Shown in pieces: positions 37,921-48,708 of a stretch of 64,000 bases of DNA. The notes below the pieces were generated by a model. That model was not told where the DNA came from. It saw only the letters and a program-made list of their open reading frames with translations, and did no database searches. The DNA is taken from assembly GCF_018350175.1 (NCBI RefSeq), contig NC_058368.1:47060001-47124000 (forward strand). Direction: 5' to 3'. Position numbers and translations under genes: made by a program. Each line of letters opens with the position of its first letter. Position 1 is the stretch's first letter. Source of the stretch: Felis catus. Lineage: Eukaryota.

Positions 37921-38305
37921 TGTTATGGGCTGAACAGTGCCCCCACCCCCAAATTCGTATTGAACTCCTCAACCCCAATACATAACAATGCAACTTTTTT
38001 TGGAAGTAGGGTCTTCACAGGAGAAATAAAGCTAAAATGAAGTCATTAGGGTGGACCCTAATCCACTATTACTGTTATCCTTATAAAAAAGAGAAATTTG
38101 GACACAAAAATGCATAAAGGGAGAATGCCGTGTGTGTACATGAGGATGGCCAACTACAGATCCTTCACTCACAGTCTTCACAAGGAAACCAACTCTACTA
38201 ACACTTTGATCTTGGATTTCTGGCTTCTGTAACTGGAGACAACAAATTTCTCCGGTTTGAGATGCCCAGATCGCGGTGCTTGTTATGGCAGCCCTAGCAC
38301 AGGAT
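37921..38305 (+). mobile_element. MLT1B-like MaLR LTR
   Basis: tgttatgggctgaa...gtcattagggtggaccctaatcc...ttgttatggcagccctagca. Confidence 0.85.
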
Positions 38306-38764
38306 GGGAATGTTCTACCTTGTGCTGCCTCCATAACAGCACCTTCAGCACAATTTACATTGCAATCAATTCTTTTAGTGTCAAGGAATCATTTTCAAGG
38401 GACCTAAAGAGCTTCTGAATTCTGGATATTTATGAATGTGTAACGAAAAAAACACAAATGGACAGCAGACGCCTGAGGTATTCTACATTCTCCTCACTTC
38501 ACGCTACCGTGAAGAAAAGTGCATGATGGAAAGCAAAATATGCAGCCTCTTCTAACCTCCATCTTCTTCCTTTCTACACCCTCATTTCCCTTAAGTTTCT
38601 CTACTTCCGTAGCGCTGTGTAGTAGAATGAGTCTGAACGTTAAAATTAGTCAGATGAGTACTTAAATGCCAGCTCCACCAACTATAAGTTACTTAAATTC
38701 TCTGAGTCACAGTTTCATGATGTGTAAACCAGTATAAAACTTGCTTTAATTGTCTTGCTTATTA

Positions 38765-38869
38765 GGGGTGCCTTACTGGCACAGTCAGGTGGAATGGGTG
38801 ACTCTTGATCTTGGGGTTGTGAGTTTGAGCCTCACATTGGGGGTAGATATTACTTAAAGATAAAATCTT
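38765..38869 (+). mobile_element. Short old CAN-SINE (no CT tract)
   Basis: ggggtgcc...tgactcttgatcttggggttgtgagtttgagcc...gtagatattacttaaa. Its tail resumes after 39070. Confidence 0.8.
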
Positions 38870-39070
38870 TTTTTTTAATTTTATTTATTTGAGAGAGGAA
38901 GAGAGAGTGCATGCATGAGTGGGAGATGTGCAGAGAGAGGGGGCAAGAGAGAGAATCCCAAGCAAGCTCCGCACCAGCAGCACGGCTACTCAAACTCACA
39001 AACCATGAGATCATGACCTGAGCCGAAACCAAGAGTCAAATGCTCCACTAACTGGCCACTCAGGTGCCCC
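38870..39070 (-). mobile_element. CAN-SINE inserted antisense into the tail of the older SINE
   Basis: TSD aaaatctt at 38862-38869 and 39071-39078. Confidence 0.88.
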
Positions 39071-39444
39071 AAAATCTTAAAAAAAAAAGTATGTATATAA
39101 AAAAAAAGTCTTCATCTTAAATAAGAGAAATAGAAAAGCAGGCTAACTGACACTACAAGGAAGCAACCAGCCAAATGCAAATTGTGGGATACTCTACAGG
39201 GTAAATGGCCAGGTTTTCTTCACAAATAAATGGAATGAAAAAGAACAAAGTGACACTTAGAGATTAAAAAGAGAGAGATAGGGAGAGACATATCAGCCAA
39301 ACCCTGTGTGTACCACTTACTTGGATCCAGATTTAAGCAAACAAATTGTAAAAAGATTTCTTTTGGTGAACTGGTGAAATTTGAATGCAAATAGATATTA
39401 GGTAATGTTAGCAACCTATTATTTGGGGGGGTTAGCTTTGTAAT

Positions 39445-39640
39445 TGCTATGGTCTGTGTCATTCCAAAATTAATATATTGAAGTCCTAATGCCCAAAGTA
39501 ATGGTATTGAGAGGTGGAGCCTTTAGGAAGTGACTAATGATGGAGCCTTCAAGAATGGGATTAGTGCCTTTATAAAAGAGGCTTGAGAGAGACCACTAAC
39601 CCCCGCCCCCCACTTCCATCATGTCAGGATACAAGAAACA
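39445..39640 (+). mobile_element. MLT1A-like LTR 5' fragment
   Basis: tgctatggtctg...gaggtggagcctttaggaagtga...aatgggattagtgcctttataaaagagg. Confidence 0.7.
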
Positions 39641-39649
39641 AGGATACAA

Positions 39650-42350
39650 GTTCATGAAAATAAGAAACAGACTTCTAAAGAATTCTCAGAGAAAAATTAA
39701 AATAATTGGAAATTAATTCCAATGATAATACTACCTGTAAAAACATGGATGTGGCTAACAAAGTACTCATCAGAAGAAAATTCAAAATCTTAAATATTTC
39801 TATCATTAAATAAGCAAGAATGAAAATAAAAGAACTATGCAATTAAATCAGAAAACTAGAAAACAAAACAAAAGAAGCCAAAGAAAGGATGTGACATTAT
39901 AAAAATAACAGCATGAAAGGAATTAATTGGAACATAGAAAAGCAATAAAGTTTTAAATAACACCAAGATTTGATTCTTTGAAAATATGACTTAATTAGAA
40001 AAATTCTGGTAATACTAAAAACAAATAACATATGTAAAACATTAAGCACAACATTGGAGTTACAATCATTTATAAAATATTTTAAAGATTATAAATAAAA
40101 AATTTAGGCAATTTTTTGATAAATCATGAAAATTTAAATCACCAGAACTGGCTCAAAATGCTACCTGATCCATGGAATGGGAGAAATTAGAATAGTTAAC
40201 AAAGAACTACCCCTCAAAATGGCACTGAACTCTTTTTTTTAAATAGATAAGTTCAACTGATTATCCATTCAAGGGACAAATCATTCCTGCCTGCATTTAA
40301 AAAGACACTTTGAAAAAATATGAAAACATTCTTCAACAGATTACCCAGTGGAGAAAATATCAGGGAAATAAAATGGTAAAGCCAACTCATTTAGGAATAC
40401 CCTTTAAAAAAATTAACAAATCAAATCCAGCAATATTTTAAAAGTTTAGAATACTGTGACCAAGTAAGGATTATTTCCAGAATGCAAAGATGGTTTGATC
40501 TTAGGAATCTAGCAATAGAATTCATATTAATATGCCAGTGGATAAAAATTATATGATCATGTCAATATATGCACACAAATTCTGCAAATTTTAATAAATT
40601 TAATAAAATTCTACAAAAATTCAGAATCAAAAGCCTTAGTAAAATAAGAATATGACAAGTTTCTTACCATAAATGAACTGAATAATCGATTGAGAATTAA
40701 ATGTGAAAATCTACCACAAACCAACATCCAGGATCCTGCTGAATGTTAGGCAGTAGTCTTTCCTATTAGAAGCAGAATAATACAAGGATGCCTACCAACA
40801 TCATTTTGGAAGTACCAGCAGTGAATTGTTAAGCTGGGAAAAATATTATGAATATTAAAGATGAGGTAGCAAAGCTATCATGACAACTGTCTACCTGAAC
40901 AACATAAAAGGAAACAGATGAAATCTGACTACAACTAGTAGGGAAGTTCACAAATATGACTAGTTATAAAATTAACCTATGTAACTCAATTCCTTTCCTA
41001 GATAATAGCCTTTGGGAAACTGGAAATGGAAAATGATTCCATTCACAAAATAAGCCAAAATATAAAACACTTAGGGAAAAATATTTAAGATATGTAGTAT
41101 TTTATGGAAAAAAATATAAAATTCACTAAGGAATATAAAAGAAGGTGTGAATACCTTGAGACATCATATATCTAATATAAAGCCTCAATATTAGAGAGAT
41201 TTCAGGTTTCTCAAAATTGATGTATAAATGTAACCAAACCATGTGTGATTTAGCATAATAGTTAAATGCACAGACTTTGGAGACAGCTGAGTTAGAATTC
41301 CAGATCCACATCTTACTGTGAGATATTGGATAAGTTACTTAACCTCCCTGAGCTTGTTTGTTCAGCTTTAAAATAGTCATAAAGGAATATCTACCTTGAG
41401 GGTTGATGTGGAGATTAAATAAACACTACATGTAATATCTTCAGCATTGTGTCTATATCATAGAGATTAATAATGTTGGATGGTATTATTATTATTTCAC
41501 TCTGGCCAAGGTGTCTTAAACATTTTCTATAAAGGGCTAAATGATAAATATTCCATCCTTAAGGCTACATAATTCCTTGTAGATATAAAATTCTTTCTTC
41601 TTTGTTTGTTTACAACCTTTTAAAAATGTAAAAAACAGGGGTGCCTGGGGGACTCAGTTGGTTAAGCATCCAGCTCTTGGTTTTGGCTCAGGTCATGATC
41701 TCATGGTTTGTGGGTTCAAGCCCCACATCAGGCTCTGCACTGACAGTGTAGAGCCTGCTTGGGATTCTCTATCTCCCTCTCTCTCTGTCCCTCCCCAGCT
41801 TGAGCTTTCTCTCTCTCACACACAAAAGAAATAAATAAAGATCTTTCTTTTAAATGTAAAAAAATCATTCTTAACAAAAGTCTGCATAAAAAATGGGCCA
41901 TGGGCCAGATTTGGCCTGTGTGCTATTGCTTATAGAGCAGTCCATGTTCTAAACAAGTAAAACAAATTTAATCTCACTAATAATTAGAGAAATGCAAATC
42001 AAATGAAAGTTATCAAGTGGGTAAAGATTTTTTTTAATACCCAGTATTTACGAAGACATGAGAAAATGGGCAGTCTAATACACTACTGGTGAATTTATGA
42101 TTGGTGGACATTTGATGCATCAAAAGCCTTAAAAGTATGTATTTTCTTTCACCAAGAAATTCTATTTCTAGAAATATTTCCTAAAGAAATAATTTGAGAC
42201 ATTATTATATGTTTGAATAAAGATGTTTAACTCAGGGATAGTTGTAATGTTGAAAAATCAGTGACTACTTAAATATCTAACCATGGGGATTGATTAAATA
42301 AAATATAGTGCTTCCAAACAATGGAATAATATGCAGGTATTAAAAATAAT
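39650..42350 (+). mobile_element. Ancient LINE-1 (L1M-type) ORF2 remnant, interrupted by MIR (about 41240-41500), MER58-like (about 41505-41940) and SINE
   Basis: A-rich sequence with motifs tgtgaccaagtaaggattatttccagaatgcaaagatggttt, caaggatgcc and agagaaatgcaaatcaaa. Boundaries approximate. Confidence 0.6.
41638..41850 (+). mobile_element. CAN-SINE
   Basis: SINEC body with flanking aaatgtaaaaaa repeats. Confidence 0.92.
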
Positions 42351-42354
42351 GATG

Positions 42355-42565
42355 GGGGCGGGGGGGCTCATGGATGGATCAGCTGGTTGAGTGTCCAACT
42401 CTTGATTTTGACTCAGGTCATGATCCTAGCATCGTGGGATCAAGCCTCACATAAGGCTCTGAGCATGGGATTCTCTCTCTCCCTCTGCCCCTTTCCCCAA
42501 CTCACACATGTACTCTCTCTCTCTCTCTCTCTCAAATAAAAAATTTTGAAAATTAAAAAAAAAAA
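42355..42565 (+). mobile_element. CAN-SINE with expanded 5' G-run
   Basis: Degenerate SINEC body, (CT)n and poly-A, flanked by aatgatgg. Confidence 0.85.
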
Positions 42566-42626
42566 AATGATGGAGTATATACAGCCTTTTTCAACTGAAA
42601 AACAAAGACTAAAATCATGCCATCAA

Positions 42627-42822
42627 GGGGCACCTCGGTGGCTCAGTGGGTTAAGCAACCGACTCTTGATATCAGCTCAGGTGGTGATCTCACAGTCGTA
42701 AGATCGAGCCCCAAATCTGTGTCCACCCTGAGCATGGAGCCAGCTTGGGATTCTCTCTCTCCCTGACTCTCTCTCTCTCCCCCCCCCCTCTCTCTCAAAA
42801 TAAATAAATTAATTAATTTTTA
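42627..42822 (+). mobile_element. CAN-SINE
   Basis: SINEC body. Degenerate TSD aaaatcatgccatc / aaattgtgccatc. Confidence 0.9.
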
Positions 42823-43529
42823 AAAATTGTGCCATCTAAAACTAATGCAAAGGAGCTGGTGGAAAAGCCAGGTAAATAACTCTGCATTGAGAAAACGTCA
42901 CCTTGGGATGACTCTGGGTGTCTCTATGGAAGGTTGGGCATCACCTTCAGTGCCTACAACAGAAGAAAAACAAACTAAAACAACCACAAAGTAGAGTAGT
43001 GAGTCTACCAGGAACAAATCCCTTCCTTTTTTTTTTAAGGCATCATGCTTTTTCAAAATCTTTTTTTAAATGTACAGATCCAATGTAACTATTTTTTTAG
43101 ATTTTCTTAAAGACTCACTTAATAGTCCATTTAAGGCTAGTGAAAAACACATGGAGTTCATGGAATAGCATTACCCTTTTCTAGGAAACTCCTTCAGTTT
43201 TCTGATCTCTTTATCCACAACATATGCTCAGAACTTTGGATTTGGGTGAGATTTCTTCAAGACCAGAAAAACTGTGAAGTAAGCAAAATTTATCACCATC
43301 TATTATAGTAATCTCATTGACATTTTTGCATGACTTCCTCGGACTACATCCATTTTCTAACCCCAGTTACTCAGAGGCCTGCACTATCAGAACTAGCCAT
43401 ATATTTTATTGTTTAATGAATTCGTGCCACTGAGGACAAGTAGCATGTTACTACCCCAAGGTAACTGGTGAGATTTTAAACTTGGCTTCCAGGGACAAAG
43501 GACATGCTGGAAGCAATGCCTTTGTTCAG

Positions 43530-43881
43530 TGAAAGGGCGGGCCTACGCCAGCCGACTCCATCTTGTTCTGTGTCCTTCACCTTGACCACACCTCCTCCCC
43601 TTGAGTAAACCCTCCCTTACCTGCCTAACAGGACTCGGACCCTTCCCCAGGACCCTTCCCCAGCCAATCGTCTGAGGCCATAGCCATTACCTCACCAACT
43701 GCCCCCAGGCCCCAATAAAACCTTTGTCCTTTTGAAACTGGCTCTCTCTCCCTGGTATCTCACCGCTGCGTCGGTGCAGGTAGGGGATTGAGCTCGAGCT
43801 AGCTCGAATAAAGGCTCTTTGCTTTTGCATCGGACTCGGCTCCCTAGTGGTCTTTGGGGATCACGAATTCTGGGTATAACA
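43530..43881 (+). mobile_element. Young ERV1 (gammaretrovirus-like) solo LTR, 352 bp
   Basis: TGAAAG...TAACA ends, perfect TSD ttcag (43525-43529, 43882-43886), CCAAT at 43664, TATA-like aataaaa at about 43714, polyA signal AATAAA at about 43807, many intact CpGs. Confidence 0.92.
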
Positions 43882-46452
43882 TTCAGTAGTTGGATCTGAG
43901 GCACCTTGGCAGGCTGTTTGGGTAGGATAACAAAAAGGCCTTAATGTAGGATGCCTACACGGAAGGCTTCATTGGAGAGAAATCTACATTCAGGTATAAT
44001 AGGTGAAGTTAATACCATTAAAAGACCTTATAAAAATTTATATCTTAATAGGCCCCTCTGCAACCTACACCTTGCCCTGAATAACAAGATAAAATTGTGG
44101 CTGAAATTTTCCATCTAGATTACCAGTGAAAATTTACAGCTGTTTCATCATGTCTTTTTTTTTTTAAGGTCCTAGCATTTGCTGAAGTTGTTTTTAGTTT
44201 TCTTTTTTGAGAGTTCCCTGCATCCTTCCCCTTTTCCACCTTCCCTTCCCCCCATTCCCCCTCCACCCAGGTCCTCCTTAAGCAAGGAGAAAACAGAGAC
44301 ACCCAGGCCCCTAGGGATTTTTTTTTAATTCATCTATCTAACATAGTGAATGCACTAGAGGTTAATTAGATGAGCACATTTTACGATTCAAAAGAATAAG
44401 AATTTCAGAGTAGTGCAAGGACGAAGGGGGTGAAGAAAACCCGTCAGGAGGATGGTAGGAAAAAAGGAAAGGAAAAAAAAATGCAAAATGAGCAAACAGA
44501 AGTGGTAAAGCTACAAGACCTTTGGTATGATTCTTTGATGAGCAATTGTATGCATGACCTTCAGAGGAAACTTACCTATTTCACGATTTGTTGACAGGCC
44601 GGTGTGTGACATTTTGACTAAAGGACCTAGTTACATTGTGAAGAGAGGAAAGTACCCTTTAGGTAAGGAATATAAACAAATGTCTTCAACTCAGACATTT
44701 TTGAAAGAGCTCAAGAGACTCCTGCTAAAGTGCGTGCGAATGACATCCTGTCCTGCTTTCAGAAAGAAAGACACCTTTGAAACAATGTGCTCACTGCTAA
44801 ATCATTTTCTCAGATTGAAGCAGGAAAATACAGGATATAATCTGGCCATCTAATACAAGAATGAGAAAAATGCAGCTACTCTAAAGGAAGTGAATTTGGG
44901 AAACAAAAAGGCAAAAGGAGTATGAAGGGAAATTTTACATTTCAACCTGGCTTTCTAATATATAGAAGCATCCTTAAAATTTCTAATCCAGAATAAAGAT
45001 AACAAAGGGAGGTTGATATTTCTACTCATCTCTGCTATAAAGGACATTTGGAATGTTCCTGCTTCAAAGGCACTGTTTAAGAAAAATTAGAATATTTGAC
45101 AGAGATTGAAATCTCTAAGGAGAAAGTTATGAAACATCTTGAGAAAATTCAAGCTCACTAGAACAGCAGGAGTGGATGACATTTAGCAATTAACTCCAAG
45201 GAAATAAAGAAATGCGCAATAGCAAAAATGCTGATAGGTTTTGCATAAAACAAAGTAATCTATTTTGGCCTTGAACAGCTGTTAAAAGTTCCTTCAAAGT
45301 CACTAACTAACTAGCAACCAACCGCAAATTCCTATCATCTATGCGCTTCCTATGGAAAAAAAAAAAGAAAAAAAAAAGAGTGAAAGAAAGAAAAACGGGC
45401 AAGCTTCACACTTTACAGAGCTTTGTGAGAGGGGAAAAAAAGAGGTATTTTTCTTAGTCAAATTTTAATAAATGATCCTAGAGAGGGCTTTGTAAGCGTG
45501 GCTTTTGGTGTTTCTTCTCCAAAGGTAATGCACTTGCTGCATAATTCTATCCAGCACATAAACCTTTCCTTGAACTATCAGGTCCTGCAAGATGAACATC
45601 CTGGACATTTATGAATGAGATGCTCTAATGGGCATCTCAAATTCTCGTGCTAAATATTTTATCTTATATAAAAGGAAATTCATTAAAAGTATGTTAGGCA
45701 TTCTTTTAGTAGAATAATATTGGATAGTTGATATCAAAGAGGAGCTATACTTTAAATGATTTAAATTCTTTATTGCTCTTTACAAGTGAAAAGTCATTAT
45801 CAACTAGCTAAGGGTTCCATTTAATCACAAGTAAATATAGTAAGGCAATCACAAGCATCAAAGAAAAATCAAGCTTCAAACAGAAGCCCACAAAAAGTTT
45901 CTGATTGTGAAAAGTTAATATACTCTAAAGAAGGTTTTTGACTTATCTTGATAAAAAGCATTCCATTGCTGGGGTTAAAAAAATTCCATATGTGTCTTTG
46001 TGAATATTACTGACAGGGTTAATTATGTATTTTAATATCAAAGGTATAATTATTGTCCATATATGAATAAAAGTATATATTTACATTTGTAATCAATGTA
46101 ACCTAACCATTTTCTTCTATGCTTAGGCTACCAAATGCGTGGAGTTGTACCAAGATTGATCTAACAAGACTAAATAGTGAGCTTTTTGTAAGATATGAAT
46201 AAAACTAAGAAGATAATGATCGTTTTTATAAAGCATCTATATCAAGTCATTCCCTCCTGTGCTGGGTCCACCTATTCAAATTGCCAACTCTTTACTCTCC
46301 ACCTAGCTACCCTTCAAAACAATCTCAAGTTCACCCTCCAATTCACAGTGATCTCTCTTTTCTCTGAAGCCAGGCACTTAAAATTTATAGCACTCATTTG
46401 GTAATTAATCATGTAATGACCTGTGATATTTCTTTAATTGATATTATTTAAT

Positions 46453-46493
46453 CTCTCTCTCTCTTTTATTCCCCTTCCTCTACCCCCTGACTT

Positions 46494-46549
<56 letters not shown>

Positions 46550-46550
46550 A
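46453..46550. repeat. (CT)n microsatellite / polypyrimidine tract
   Basis: Direct observation; perfect (CT)n at about 46503-46539. Confidence 0.92.
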
Positions 46551-47588
46551 TCTTTGAAACTACATTTTAAGCTTTTATGGGAGCAAGTATGCAGTAAACT
46601 GCCACGTTATGACACATTAATGCATGGCACACAATACTGTGGCTTGCATTCTGTAAGTGCTCAATAAAAGTTTGTTGACTTAAAAAGTGAGTGTAAAAAC
46701 TTAACCTTATACTGGAGGCCTAGAGGTACCTGCAAAGACTTGATTAAATTGATGAGCTATGATCTGAAGGATGAGACATGATAGGTAGCTAGACCATAGG
46801 ATGTCTCCAGGCTTAGCAATCTTTCAGAGATGTGCCAAATCTGCATCCCGCCAATCCTTCCCAAGGTCAGGTGCACGCCAATGCCTTTGGGAGAAGGAAA
46901 CTTCGCAGAGTCTCACAGATCATTTACCCACATGCTCCAACGGAGGCCACCGTAGTATGAAACAGCTTTGAGAGTCCCTTAGCAAGAGAACAAAAATGCC
47001 AAGAACAAAAACCAAGAGCTTCACGGGTCTTTTGGTGACCTACAGTCACGATGGAGGGAGAAGAGGGAACATTAAGAGGTTTCTTCCTATATCTCCATGT
47101 TCCTTTTAACATCTGAGCACTCTAAAAGCCTAAGTCTTAATTATCAGCTAAGAAAGCACAGGGCTTTTCATTTATAATCAAGTGAAAGGATAATGAGACA
47201 TGAGGGAAGGAAGAGAGTTTCTGAGAGAAATTTGGTATCCAACAGCCTTCTTTCTTACATTTCGCCCATGACATTAAAAATATCTCAATACTTTCTCAGA
47301 CATGAAAAGCAAAAGGCATTAAGAGTTTTGTGTGAAAAAAAATATCAGATTGAATAAAGAGAAACAGGACTGGCAGGGAAAGCTAAAACATTCCCTCAAA
47401 CCTTTAGTTCTTCTAGCTTCAGCCAAGTTATACAAGTAGAAAGCCTAATGGAAGGTTTACTGGAAATTTAGTCACCAGTGGTACCCAGTCAAATCTAAGA
47501 ATACAGTAAAATATCAAAATTTCCATGTTCACCTTCCAGAAGCCTAAGTAGATTCTGATAGACCTTGCATCAAATGTTTGTAAGTTTT

Positions 47589-47808
47589 TTTTAATTATTT
47601 TTAATGCTTATTCATTTTGGAGAGACAGAGAGAGACAGAGCACGAGTTGGGGAGGGGCAGAGAGAGGGGGGAGACACAGAATCCAAAGCAGGCTCCAGGC
47701 TCTGGTCTGTCAGCACAAAGCCGGACCCGGGGCTTGACACCACAAACTGTGAGATCATGACCTAAGCCAAAGTTGGGCACTTAACCTACTGAGCCACTCA
47801 GGCACCCC
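47589..47808 (-). mobile_element. CAN-SINE
   Basis: Perfect TSD caaatgtttgtaagtttt at 47571-47588 and 47809-47826. Confidence 0.95.
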
Positions 47809-48231
47809 CAAATGTTTGTAAGTTTTACCATAAGTTTAAAACCATTGGAAACCACTCTAGTATTCTGAGGTGGAAAGAACCAAAGCCATAATTTTAGAAT
47901 AATAATTGAATGTAGGGATATATAGAACTATATATAATTGTATAACTTTGTCCATGACTCCTCTGAAAACAAAAGATGCATTTACCAAAATATTTAACAT
48001 GAAATTTCAAGGGATTCAAAGACCTACAAGTATGAAACCCAAAGGAGCCTATAAACTTCAGATTAAAAATTCTTTTTGCAGATGGAAAGGCCAGCCATAT
48101 GGAGGCTGGTGAGAAAGCCACTGGAGTTCTCCAGACTTGTGATATCTTTCCTATATCAAATATTGGCTGTGACAAGGTAGTTATTAGAAATGGTGTAGAT
48201 GCAATAAGTTTCCTTTGACTGAATATAGGTA

Positions 48232-48708
48232 TGATAGGCAGAATAATGCCCCTTCCACCCCAAATCCCTGGAGCCTATTTATATTGGCAAAGGAGAATTA
48301 AGGTTGCAGATGGAAATAAGATTGCTAGTCAGACGACCTTGAGATGGGGAGATGATTTTGGATTGTCCAGGTGGTTCCCAAGGTAATCTCAAGGGTCTTT
48401 ATTAGTGAAAGAGGGAAGGAAGAAAATCAGTGTCAGGATGGTGTAGTGTGAGAAAGACTCAAACTGGCCGTTGCTGACTTTGAAGATGGAAAGGACACAA
48501 GCCAAGGAATGCCAGTGGTCCCTAGAAAGCTGGAGGAGGTAAGGAAATAGATTCTCTAGTAGAGTCTGTGGGAAGAACACAGTCTGGCCAACATCTTCAT
48601 TTTAGCCCAGTGAGACCCATTTCAGAACTGTAAGATAATAAACTTGTGTTGTTTTAGGCCAAAACGTTTGTGGAAAACTGTTAACAGCAGCCACAAGAAA
48701 CTAATACG
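48232..48708 (+). mobile_element. MLT1D-like MaLR solo LTR
   Basis: tgataggcagaataatgcc...ttaaggttgcagatggaa...ctttgaagatgga...agaactgtaagataataaa...aaactaatac. Confidence 0.9.
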
